Source: Eubacteriales bacterium (GTDB lineage: Bacteria > Bacillota > Clostridia > Oscillospirales > CAG-272). From it: DNA of 57,899 nt. The stretch covers positions 1 through 57,899 of the forward strand of contig JAZSPS010000047.1 in assembly GCA_045537595.1 (NCBI GenBank), written 5' to 3'. A program made the position numbers and the translations under genes. Under the pieces are notes generated by a model. The model did not search any database, was not told where the DNA came from, and saw only the letters and a program-made list of their open reading frames with translations. Shown piece after piece: positions 1 through 8,854 of this stretch (positions are counted from its first letter, which is position 1; every line of letters begins with the position of its first letter).

Positions 1-1
1 T

Positions 2-157
2 CATCTGGACGCTCAGTACGCGGGCTTTGGCAAGGTGATCGAGGGACTGGAGGTCATCGACCTTATCGCAGGCGTCAAAACCGGTCGCCTGGGCTGGTAC
101 GATGACGTTCCCAAGACTCCCGTTGTCATTGAGAGCATGGAAATTGTCAGCAGATAA
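2..157 (+). CDS. Cyclophilin-type peptidyl-prolyl isomerase, C-terminal fragment (5' end outside window)
   Basis: An open frame from the window edge translates to HLDAQYAGFGKVIEGLEVIDLIAGVKTGRLGWYDDVPKTPVVIESMEIVSR*. It has the HLDxxxxxFGKVxxGxxVxxxI block typical of cyclophilin C-termini and is followed by a terminator hairpin. Confidence 0.7.
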   Translation, partial: HLDAQYAGFGKVIEGLEVIDLIAGVKTGRLGWYDDVPKTPVVIESMEIVSR

Positions 158-209
158 TTTAGGGCAGGCAATAAAGTAATATCGTAGTGAAGAAATTAAG
201 TAAAAACAA

Positions 210-256
210 GGCTTCCGCCAATGATTTTTTTCATTGGCGGAAGCCCTGATTTTTTT
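210..256. terminator. Bidirectional intrinsic terminator between the convergent PPIase and GH2 genes
   Basis: Perfect 15-bp stem GGCTTCCGCCAATGA (210-224) / TCATTGGCGGAAGCC (231-245) with a 6-nt T loop. A T-run lies at 250-256 on the + strand, and the A-run at 202-206 gives a T-run on the - strand. Confidence 0.8.
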
Positions 257-278
257 GAGCGATGTTGGGATGACCGTA

Positions 279-2012
279 TTATTCTTCAATGGCTGCCTTT
301 TGTGTCAAGACCTTGTGGAAATAGGAAACGTCAAATTTCGCTTTACGGTCATAGGTGTACAGACCGTTGGTTTCCTGCTCCACATCAGTTAGCTGTGTAT
401 AGCAAAGTCCCGTGATGTAAGAGTTGAACAGCAACGCCTCGGCAAGCCCTTTGAAGCGTTCTAAAAATTCTTCCTCGCTTTGCGGCGCGTTTCCGTAACC
501 CCAAGCGTTGCCGAGTCCCGAGTTTACATCCCACTTGATTCCTCCGTATTCACTGATAAAGCGGGGCCGAATCGGCTGAGGACAAATAATTTTCTGAGTG
601 ATCGCCATGCCGTTGGCTACGTCAATATATCTCTGACGGAAGGTCTCGGGATTTTGATCATAATCGTGCCAGTCCATAAGGTCGGTGGCTCCCTCTACAT
701 GCATCCATCCTGAGGTGTCAATAACGGGGCGGGTAGGATCCATTTTCCGTGTCAGATCGGCAACATAGGATATCAGCTCATGATCCTGTCTGCGGTCTCC
801 GGGGGTTTCGTTAAAGGGACACCAGCCGATAATGGACGGATGGTTGATATCGCGCTCCATGATCTCGATCCATTCCGAAATGTATCCCTTCCAGCCTATG
901 GGATCAAGATGATTCATGGACCAGTTGCCAAGCTCATCCCATACCATATAGCCCAAGCGGTCGCAGTGGTAGAGGAAGAGAGGCTCAAACACCTTTTGGT
1001 GCAGACGTGCGCCGTTGAAGCCGCAAGCTATGGAGCGAGTGATATCGTTAATGAGCTCTTGCTCGCATGACGCGGTATAGATGCCGTCGGGATAAAAGCC
1101 CTGATCCAGAACCAAGCGCTGAAATACCTTTTTGCCATTAATCACCAGAGCACTGTCATCCAAGGTCAGTGTTCTCATGCCAAAATAACTTTTTACGGTG
1201 TCATCCCCCAAGGTGAGAACAAGATCATAAAGACCGCCCTTGCCAAGCTCCCAGAGATGAAGCTCCGAGAGAGGGAGGATCAAATCGCAACGGTTATGCG
1301 TGGCGATAGCGGTTGCCTCTCCTACCTTTTTACCCTCCCAGTAAGCGGCAGCGGTCATGGTTAAGCCTTCACCGTCTTGGAGAACCGCGGAAACAGTTAA
1401 GGAGGAATTTTCTACATTGGAGGTATAAGCCGTACTTTTTATGTATGCCGCGGGAACGTTTTCTATCCACACGGTTTGCCAGATTCCGGTCGTCCGTGTA
1501 TAGAAGCAGCCATAGGATTCGTAGCGTGTGCTTTGCTTTCCGCCGGGCTGGCCTCCGCCGCGGAGCATGTCCTCGGAGCAAATGGTTAAAATGTTCTCTC
1601 CTGTCTGCAGCGAAGCGGTAATATCAAAACAGAACGGAACATAGCCGCCGCGATGCATTCCTATATGAGTTCCATTTACGTATACGTCGGTGCGGTAATC
1701 GCAGGCACCGATGTGGAGCAGGACACGTCTGCCGTTCTTTAGCCATTCGTCGGGAATATGGATTTCCTTACGGTACCAGACACATTCGCAAAAATCCTTG
1801 TCACCGATTCCGGAAAGTTCGCTTTCCATACAGAAGGGAACCGTGATTTTGTCGGGAAATTCTTTTCCGTCGGCGGATTCGTACAGTTTTCTTGCTTTTC
1901 CGCTGATGCTGTGATCACGGGCAAACTGCCACTCACCGTTGAGGTTTTTCCATGTGTCACGGACAAATTGGGGCTGCGGATGCTCGGGACGAGGGATGAT
2001 GCGATGATTCAT
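279..2012 (-). CDS. Glycoside hydrolase family 2 (beta-galactosidase/beta-glucuronidase-like)
   Basis: 577-aa ORF. The N-terminal sugar-binding-like region (WKNLNGEWQF, VPFCMESELSGIG) and the TIM-barrel region (NGARLHQK, WCPFNE, ISEYGG) have the GH2 layout. Confidence 0.8.
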   Translation of the reverse strand: MNHRIIPRPEHPQPQFVRDTWKNLNGEWQFARDHSISGKARKLYESADGKEFPDKITVPFCMESELSGIGDKDFCECVWYRKEIHIPDEWLKNGRRVLLHIGACDYRTDVYVNGTHIGMHRGGYVPFCFDITASLQTGENILTICSEDMLRGGGQPGGKQSTRYESYGCFYTRTTGIWQTVWIENVPAAYIKSTAYTSNVENSSLTVSAVLQDGEGLTMTAAAYWEGKKVGEATAIATHNRCDLILPLSELHLWELGKGGLYDLVLTLGDDTVKSYFGMRTLTLDDSALVINGKKVFQRLVLDQGFYPDGIYTASCEQELINDITRSIACGFNGARLHQKVFEPLFLYHCDRLGYMVWDELGNWSMNHLDPIGWKGYISEWIEIMERDINHPSIIGWCPFNETPGDRRQDHELISYVADLTRKMDPTRPVIDTSGWMHVEGATDLMDWHDYDQNPETFRQRYIDVANGMAITQKIICPQPIRPRFISEYGGIKWDVNSGLGNAWGYGNAPQSEEEFLERFKGLAEALLFNSYITGLCYTQLTDVEQETNGLYTYDRKAKFDVSYFHKVLTQKAAIEE

Positions 2013-2278
2013 TTCAAATACCTCTCTTGTTTTTTACTTGTTTTTTACTGTTTTTTTTTTTGATTTTTTGCTTTTTGTTAATTGCTTTTCGTGTTTTAAG
2101 TCACTGCGATTTTGTGATTCGATTATAACAGCCTCAAGGTGAAAAGTCAACATAGATGCCGAGGATTGAATGAAAAATACCCGATTTGAAAACAAAAATG
2201 ACAATTTTTTGCGGCGTGAAAAAATAGAACAAGAAAACAGTATTGAAAAAATCATCGCAGAAAAAAGAAGGGCAGATA

Positions 2279-2307
2279 TTGACAAATAATTGTATGTATG
2301 GTAATAT
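2279..2307 (+). promoter_or_regulatory. Sigma-A-type promoter of the AraC-family gene
   Basis: TTGACA (2279-2284), 17-nt spacer, TAATAT (2302-2307). It is followed by the tandem repeat ATTTTATCGA x2 (2316-2335). Confidence 0.55.
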
Positions 2308-2386
2308 ATATATGGATTTTATCGAATTTTATCGAAATATGTTATGTAACGAATTTTTATATTAAAGAAAGCGGAGTATAAATGGT

Positions 2387-3175
2387 ATGAAAAAATTTGA
2401 CATATCGAACTTAATAATTTCACGTATTACCGATATTTACAGCTATACGTTGGAGAAGGATACGGAGGCGAGCGCGATCACAGAGCACTCCCTTTTGATT
2501 ATCAAGCGAAGGGGAAGCTCGGAATATACCGTGGGGGAGCAAACGCTTACCGCTGACCCGAATCATATTGTTTTTCTCCCCGCGGGCGTTAAATATTCCA
2601 TGTATATTGACCGTAAAGGGGAATGTACCGTTATAGAGTTTGACACAGTCCGGGGGGAGAGCGCTGCCGAGAGCCGCGAGTTTTTTACCAACAATGAAGA
2701 TGATATTGTTGCCACGACGAAAAATATTCTTCACTATTGGAATCTTCGGGGACCTGCCTATCACTCCAAGTGTCTGTCCGAAATCTACAGCCTTTTGACG
2801 CAAATTTCTACCATACAGTCGTATGCGTATTCACTCGCGGGAAAATACCGACTGATCCACAAATCGGTAAAGTACATTGAAAATTATTACAGTGAGCAAG
2901 ATCTGTACACTCCGATGCTGGCAAGGATGTCGGGCATCGGTGAGACCTATTACCGCAGTATTTTTATCGCCGTATTCGGCGTGGCACCCACACGCTACAT
3001 TCAGCAATACCGTGTGGAAAAGGCAAAGGAGCTGCTGATGAACTCCACGGGATCTGTTGAGGATATTGCCCTTGCGGTAGGCTTTGCCAATTCCTCCTAT
3101 TTTTGCAAGGTTTTCAAGACGACCACAGGGCTGACTCCTTCCGAATTCGCGGAACGGGGCAGACGGATCGGTTGA
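2387..3175 (+). CDS. AraC family transcriptional regulator
   Basis: 262 aa. N-terminal cupin-like sensor domain and a C-terminal double HTH (YFCKVFKTTTGLTPSEF). It is divergent from the GH2 gene. Confidence 0.85.
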   Translation: MKKFDISNLIISRITDIYSYTLEKDTEASAITEHSLLIIKRRGSSEYTVGEQTLTADPNHIVFLPAGVKYSMYIDRKGECTVIEFDTVRGESAAESREFFTNNEDDIVATTKNILHYWNLRGPAYHSKCLSEIYSLLTQISTIQSYAYSLAGKYRLIHKSVKYIENYYSEQDLYTPMLARMSGIGETYYRSIFIAVFGVAPTRYIQQYRVEKAKELLMNSTGSVEDIALAVGFANSSYFCKVFKTTTGLTPSEFAERGRRIG

Positions 3176-3194
3176 TCGAGACGGGAGTATTTCT

Positions 3195-5177
3195 TTATTT
3201 TTTTGATGCTTTTTTTCGTTGATTTGGTTTGGATGAGGGCGCGGCTTTTCTCCTTGTTCCGTGGGAGGAGGCTGTGCCCCTCGTGTCTTTTGCTTTGGAA
3301 GCTCCTTTTCCCTTGGGGGAGGAGTTGTTCCTCGATTTATTGTTGAATTTTACAGCGGAGCTTTTCTCGCTATCTTTTTCTCTTTCGGGACGAACCAGAC
3401 AATCACTTCCATATCCGATAAGATCCTCACGGTTCAAGCGAATAAGAGCTTCACGGACGAGTGATGAATTTTGCGGTCGATTGTACTGAAGCAGAGCCCG
3501 TTGCAGTTGCTTTTCATGATAGTCGGTGGCAACATAGACCGGCTTCATATCCAAGGGATTGATCCCTGTATAGAACATAACTGTGGAGGCGGTTCCCGGT
3601 GTGGGATAGTAGTCCTGTACCTGCTCGGGCGCGTAGTGATCCCGTTTGAGGCACAGAGCCAATTCCAGCGCGTCCTTTAAGGTAGAGCCCGGGTGGCTGG
3701 ACATAAGATAAGGTACAAGATACTGCTCCTTGCCGGCTTCCCGTGTCAGCTCAAAATACCGCTTGCGGAAGGACTGGTAAACCGAGAAGTCCGGCTTTCC
3801 CATGCATCGAAGGACAGGAGAGGAGCAGTGCTCCGGCGCTACCTTCAGCTGACCGCTTACGTTATCCTGTACCAGCTTACGGAAAAAGCGTTCGTCCCGA
3901 TCCAACATCAGATAATCAAATCGGATTCCCGAGCGGATGAAGACCTTTTTTACACGGGGGAGCTTTTCGATCTCCTCGATCAGGTGCAGATATTCGCTAT
4001 GATCTACACGCAGATTTTTACAAGGTGTGGGCGCTAAGCATTTTCGTGAGGCGCAAACGCCGTTTTTTAATTGCTGTTCGCACGCGGGATAGCGGAAATT
4101 CGCAGTCGGACCGCCGACATCGTGAATATAGCCCTTAAAATCCGGCAGCTCTGTGATTTTTTTTGCTTCCGCCAGCACGCTTGCCTCGCTTCGGGAGCGC
4201 ACCGTCCGTCCTTGGTGGAAGGCAAGGGCACAGAAGTTGCAGGCGCCGAAGCAGCCTCGGTTATGGGTGATGGAAAATCGGACCTCTTCTATGGCGGGAA
4301 CGCCCCCCTGCTTTTCGTAGCTTGAGTGGTAGGTTCGCATATAGGGAAGGGAATACACATGATCCAATTCTTCCCGCTCCAGCGGCGGCATGGGGGGATT
4401 TTGCACCAGGAGCTTATCGTCATACCATTCGGCGATGGCTCGTCCGTTTACCGCGTCTTGATTTTTATATTGGATTCCAAATGCCTCGGCGTAGCTTTTT
4501 TTATCATTTTTTAAGATGTTATAATCGAAGGTAGCCGCTAACTCGTAGTGGAGCTTATCCTCGGGGCGGCAAAGAAAGACCGTACCTCTTACGTCGCGGA
4601 TCTTTCGGACGGGCACACCCTTATCCAAGAGCTTTGCTATACGCAAAAGAATATTTTCTCCCATGCCATAGGTAAGGAGATCGGCTCGTGAATCCACCAA
4701 GATCGATCGCCGAACGCTATTGGACCAGTAATCGTAATGAGCGAAGCGCCGAAGGGATGCCTCTAATCCCCCAATAATCACGGGAACATCTCCGTATGCC
4801 TCCCGAATACGGTTACAGTAGACGATGGTAGCGCGGTCCGGACGTAAGCCTGCCTTTCCTCCCGGGGAATAATAATCATAGGTTCGCTTCTTTTTCGCCG
4901 CGGTATAATGTGCCACCATAGAATCGATATTGCCCGCGGTCACCAAAAAGCCAAGCCTTGGACGTCCGAACTCACGAAAAGCGTCACAGCTTTTATAATC
5001 GGGCTGTGACAAAACAGCGATACGAAAGCCCGCGTCCTCCAGAACGCGGGAAATGATGGAAACCCCAAAACTGGGATGATCCACGTAAGCATCTCCCGTT
5101 ACATAAACAAAATCCGGCTTATCCCAACCGAGTGTATTCATTTCCTTTTTTGTGATGGGCAAAAATCCGTTTGACAT
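3195..5177 (-). CDS. YgiQ-family radical SAM protein (UPF0313)
   Basis: Starts MSNGFLPITKKEMNTLGWDKPDFVYVTGDAYVDHPSFG and contains the CFGACNFC radical-SAM motif. The start was moved to the ATG at 5177, which has AGGAGG 7 nt upstream. The C-terminal tail is Lys/Ser-rich. Confidence 0.85.
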   Translation of the reverse strand: MSNGFLPITKKEMNTLGWDKPDFVYVTGDAYVDHPSFGVSIISRVLEDAGFRIAVLSQPDYKSCDAFREFGRPRLGFLVTAGNIDSMVAHYTAAKKKRTYDYYSPGGKAGLRPDRATIVYCNRIREAYGDVPVIIGGLEASLRRFAHYDYWSNSVRRSILVDSRADLLTYGMGENILLRIAKLLDKGVPVRKIRDVRGTVFLCRPEDKLHYELAATFDYNILKNDKKSYAEAFGIQYKNQDAVNGRAIAEWYDDKLLVQNPPMPPLEREELDHVYSLPYMRTYHSSYEKQGGVPAIEEVRFSITHNRGCFGACNFCALAFHQGRTVRSRSEASVLAEAKKITELPDFKGYIHDVGGPTANFRYPACEQQLKNGVCASRKCLAPTPCKNLRVDHSEYLHLIEEIEKLPRVKKVFIRSGIRFDYLMLDRDERFFRKLVQDNVSGQLKVAPEHCSSPVLRCMGKPDFSVYQSFRKRYFELTREAGKEQYLVPYLMSSHPGSTLKDALELALCLKRDHYAPEQVQDYYPTPGTASTVMFYTGINPLDMKPVYVATDYHEKQLQRALLQYNRPQNSSLVREALIRLNREDLIGYGSDCLVRPEREKDSEKSSAVKFNNKSRNNSSPKGKGASKAKDTRGTASSHGTRRKAAPSSKPNQRKKASKK

Positions 5178-5291
5178 GGAGCTCCTCCTGCTGCGCAATT
5201 AAAATTTGACCGTGAATGTCCGTGATTGACCGTCAATATTATATCACAGTTTTGTCTTTTTGTAAACAAGAGATGATGGATTTGGATTTCT

Positions 5292-5468
5292 CTATTGAGA
5301 ATATTGAATATATTGAGCGGTCGAATCCGCAGACCTTTTTCGGAAGCCTTTTCGCGCGGACAGGAGGAGCTGGGAGGCGCGGTCTAACGTTTTTTTTGAA
5401 TTCCAAAGAATTTCCGCAATATAGGCGCTAAAAATGAGGGGGAGCGTACCAATACGATTTTCATACAT
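5292..5468 (-). CDS. Hypothetical small protein (58 aa), uncertain
   Basis: ATG at 5468 preceded by GAAAGGTG. No recognisable family. It lies directly upstream of ygiQ on the same strand. Confidence 0.25.
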   Translation of the reverse strand: MYENRIGTLPLIFSAYIAEILWNSKKTLDRASQLLLSARKGFRKRSADSTAQYIQYSQ

Positions 5469-5567
5469 GTCACCTTTCTGTTTAATATGAATTATCATGA
5501 GTGGATATGAATGGATATGAATGAGTATGGAGCTTATATGTGCTGTGGGGATATGGGGAAGGAGGGA

Positions 5568-5726
5568 TCAACGATGCTTGCCGAGCAATAAAATTCCCGC
5601 GCAAATGACTGCCCCTGCCTCAATAAACGCTAAAAAGTATCCCGGGAGTAAAAAGGAAAGCAGAATTCCCGCTCCAAAGCATACCGTAGAAATGCCGATT
5701 ACCTTGCGCAGATCAATCTGACACAT
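5568..5726 (-). CDS. Hypothetical small hydrophobic membrane protein (52 aa), below the ORF-track cutoff
   Basis: Hand translation of the - strand: GGAGGTG, then 5 nt, then ATG at 5726. The product is MCQIDLRKVIGISTVCFGAGILLSFLLPGYFLAFIEAGAVICAGILLLGKHR*, with two predicted hydrophobic segments. Confidence 0.45.
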   Translation of the reverse strand: MCQIDLRKVIGISTVCFGAGILLSFLLPGYFLAFIEAGAVICAGILLLGKHR

Positions 5727-5940
5727 AACATCACCTCCGTTATTGTTTTCAGTTCTATTATATGACTATATATGATTATATGCCAAAGAAAATTTTTCGT
5801 TCTTTGTGTAAAAAATTTATTCTCGCGGACAGTTTTTTTCTTTCGATATAGTATTGGGATATATTATCACTCATTTTTTCATATACTTTATACATATACT
5901 TTATACGGGGCATGAAACCGTATATTTCGGAGGTGAAAAA

Positions 5941-7137
5941 ATGAGCGCGATCGGGGGGATCGTTCATCCTGAGCAAAAGCGGATCGACGGCGGTAGGCTA
6001 ATTGAAATGAGCCGATCCATGATGCTTCGCGGAAAGGAAACGCGGGGCGCGTACATTAACGGAGGTCTGGGAATTCTTCATAATCAAATGCCCGATGACA
6101 GCAGGGAGGAGATCAGGCAGCCCTTTTCTCTTGCGAGAAACGGGAAAATTTATACGGTGACCTTGGACGGGTTTTTGCGAGGCTGTGGAAAGCTGAAGGG
6201 GGTAAGTCCCGAGGCTTTGTCTGTAAGCAGTGCCGAATTCGCTTTGGAATGTTATTTGAATTTTGGTACGGAGTTTGCTTCCATGCTGGATGGGGACTTC
6301 GCGTTGGCGATTTTTGATGAGTATCACAATGAAGTGATTCTGACTCGGGATCGGAACGGCAGGCGTCCTCTCTTTTACGCCTTTGACGAAAAGGGGTTGG
6401 TTTTTGCCTCGGAGATCAAAGCCGTTCTTCGGTCTATGGGGACGGCGAGGATTGATCTGGGTAGGCTGAGGACACATATCTCATCTCCTGTCGGAGCTTA
6501 TTCCGGCGATTCGCTGTATCGGGATATTTATTCGATTCCGTCGGGGCATTGCGGTCTTTATTCCCGATTGGGCATGAATCTATTTGCCTATGGGGCGGCT
6601 AACACGGAGGAAGGCTCGGAAAAGGAAAAAAAGCCTTCGCCCGAGTTGATACAGCTTTCGGGGGCAGTCTCCTTTGCCGACGGCGATTTGGAGCGAATAT
6701 TGACGGAGGCGCTTTTTGCCTTTGATTATCCGCAATTTGATCACTTAATGCCTTCCTTTTTTCATATGTTGGAGAGGGAAGCTCAAAAAAAGAACAGGCG
6801 CACCGTGCTTTTTGAGGACGGTACGCTCTGTATGAATATTGATTACGCATTGGAACGGGCGGATCGCTTGGGGATGCTAAAGGGAATTCGGGCATATGGA
6901 GAGGCGCCTGATCGAGTGGTGTCTCACGAAAAAAGGCTAAAGAGCACCGACCGTGCTTTGCGTGAAATATTGGATCGATTGGACACGGATGAAAAGCTGC
7001 TTTTGACGCGCTTATTTGGTGAGCAATGGCAAGAAGATATTCGCCGAGAGAAGAACGCGGAAAAGCGGATCCGCATGCAGGGCATGTTATATCAATGTGT
7101 GGTTTGGGATAAAAATTACAATCTTCTGTTTGTATAG
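5941..7137 (+). CDS. Asparagine synthase (glutamine-hydrolysing)-like protein, degenerate
   Basis: GGAGGTG RBS precedes the ATG at 5941. The N-terminal class II amidotransferase-like domain (DGDFALAIFD, RDRNGRRPLFY, FASEIKA) begins MSAIGG rather than MCG. No SGGxDS PP-loop is visible. The protein is 398 aa. Confidence 0.6.
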   Translation: MSAIGGIVHPEQKRIDGGRLIEMSRSMMLRGKETRGAYINGGLGILHNQMPDDSREEIRQPFSLARNGKIYTVTLDGFLRGCGKLKGVSPEALSVSSAEFALECYLNFGTEFASMLDGDFALAIFDEYHNEVILTRDRNGRRPLFYAFDEKGLVFASEIKAVLRSMGTARIDLGRLRTHISSPVGAYSGDSLYRDIYSIPSGHCGLYSRLGMNLFAYGAANTEEGSEKEKKPSPELIQLSGAVSFADGDLERILTEALFAFDYPQFDHLMPSFFHMLEREAQKKNRRTVLFEDGTLCMNIDYALERADRLGMLKGIRAYGEAPDRVVSHEKRLKSTDRALREILDRLDTDEKLLLTRLFGEQWQEDIRREKNAEKRIRMQGMLYQCVVWDKNYNLLFV

Positions 7138-7154
7138 CTTTTGCTTTATTATCC

Positions 7155-7784
7155 TCATTCCGAATCCGAGCTTTCCACAATATAGATGCCGCCTTTTCGC
7201 ACCGAAACAAGGGCACAATTGCCTACGATCTCATTGGATACCGCATATTGAAAATCACGGTTCAGGGTCGCGTTTTTGAGGGGGTATTTACATCCCTCGA
7301 TGCTCACGCTCTTTGCTTTCTCGGAAAGGGTGAGAAGCGATAAATAGCGGAAGCCGCTTTTGGCTAAAAGGGTACTGGTGGAATTTATGTAGCGGACACG
7401 GTTTTTTCCGTCGGTGATATGGGCAGGGATCCTTTTATTATTCAGATCCTCCAAAATCGCCAGATTGGATAGGGTATGGTCCAGTCTTCCGTCCAGTCCC
7501 CCAATAATGATGATTTCTGTCGCGCCCTTCTTCAGCGCGGTATCTACCGCCAGCTGTGTATCGGTAAAGTCCTTTTCCGCGGGGACCTGCAGACGCTCGG
7601 TCTCTTCGGGAATATTGGTGATTTTGAGGGAATCAAAGTCGCCAAGCAGTATGCTTACCTTTTCTCCAAGGGCGAGGGCGTTCAGATATCCTGAATCAGC
7701 GGCAATGCGCAGATCCTCCTTTTGGGGGCGTTCGGTTATGTTTTGAGGATCGATACGTCCTCCCGTATAAATAAATGCCTTCAT
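7155..7784 (-). CDS. thiN: Thiamine diphosphokinase
   Basis: 209 aa with the LLGDFDS motif and the GGLDGRLDHTLSN motif. It sits after rsgA, as in the conserved Firmicute cluster. Confidence 0.85.
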   Translation of the reverse strand: MKAFIYTGGRIDPQNITERPQKEDLRIAADSGYLNALALGEKVSILLGDFDSLKITNIPEETERLQVPAEKDFTDTQLAVDTALKKGATEIIIIGGLDGRLDHTLSNLAILEDLNNKRIPAHITDGKNRVRYINSTSTLLAKSGFRYLSLLTLSEKAKSVSIEGCKYPLKNATLNRDFQYAVSNEIVGNCALVSVRKGGIYIVESSDSE

Positions 7785-7821
7785 TTCTTTATCCTTTTCT
7801 TTATTTTTTCGGGATGATCTC

Positions 7822-8796
7822 TCAGCTCCATTTTTTCTTTTGCTTTAAGGTCTCATACAGGGTGAGATAGCTCTCATGGCGGGAGAGAGGGATCTTTCCT
7901 TTGCGGACAGCCTCCAAGATAGCGCATCCTTCTTCTTTCGTATGCGAGCATTTTGTATATTTGCAGCTTCCGATATAGGGGATGAATTCTCGCATGGTGT
8001 GGGGAAGATCCTCTTTATCAAAGAAGTCGAAGCGTTCAAAATCCAGCATGGAAAATCCCGGCGTATCGGCTATGTAGCCGCTATCGGGGGTATCGGACAG
8101 GGAGAAAAGCTCCACCTGCCGTGTGGTATGTCTGCCCCGCTCGATCTTACGGCTGATCTCTGAGGTGGAAAGACAAAGGTTGGGAAAAAGCGCGTTCATT
8201 AATGTGGATTTCCCGATTCCCGACGCTCCCGCAAAGGCGCTGATCTTTCCGTTCAGAGCCTCGCGGATAAATTGGTGCAGCTCGCCAATGCCTTCCCCGG
8301 TTACGGCGCTTACCGAAAAAACAGGAAAGCCGCATTGGCTGTAAAGCTTTCGCAGATCTTCGGCGTAATCGGGATTCAGCTCCATTTTGGTAATAATCAC
8401 GATGGGCTCAATACGGTTAAATTCGGCAATGGAGATCAGCTTATCCACCGTGGCAAGAATGGGAACGGGAGCTGCCGCCGCCATGGTGATAAACAAACAG
8501 TCCAGATTCGCCATGGGAGGGCGGATCAAGGCGTTGTGCCGATCCTGTACCGTGTCAATGACAAAGCCCTCGTTTTTCGTGTTTGCCGCTCCCCCCTCGG
8601 GGCGTTTTTTTTGTTGGTCTGAGCAAAGCACCGTTACATTATCTCCGGGCAGGGGTGTGATATGCTCGTGCCGAAAGGAGCCTCGCGCCCGACATTTTAC
8701 CACGCTTCCCGCGGGAAGCAGCTCGCTGTCCAAAAGCTTGACAGAATACAGTCCGCCAACGCCTTTTATGATTTTTCCATTTGATGATCGTTCCAT
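7822..8796 (-). CDS. rsgA: Ribosome small-subunit-dependent GTPase A
   Basis: OB-fold N-terminus (GKIIKGVGGLYSV), circularly permuted GTPase with GASGIGKSTLMNAL, and a C-terminal zinc-finger Cys/His cluster (CKYTKCSHTKEEGC). Confidence 0.9.
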   Translation of the reverse strand: MERSSNGKIIKGVGGLYSVKLLDSELLPAGSVVKCRARGSFRHEHITPLPGDNVTVLCSDQQKKRPEGGAANTKNEGFVIDTVQDRHNALIRPPMANLDCLFITMAAAAPVPILATVDKLISIAEFNRIEPIVIITKMELNPDYAEDLRKLYSQCGFPVFSVSAVTGEGIGELHQFIREALNGKISAFAGASGIGKSTLMNALFPNLCLSTSEISRKIERGRHTTRQVELFSLSDTPDSGYIADTPGFSMLDFERFDFFDKEDLPHTMREFIPYIGSCKYTKCSHTKEEGCAILEAVRKGKIPLSRHESYLTLYETLKQKKKWS

Positions 8797-8854
8797 TTTT
8801 TATCCTTATTTTGTTTTTGCGAAATATTTTGTCCTTGTGAGGTGCCAAAGAATT

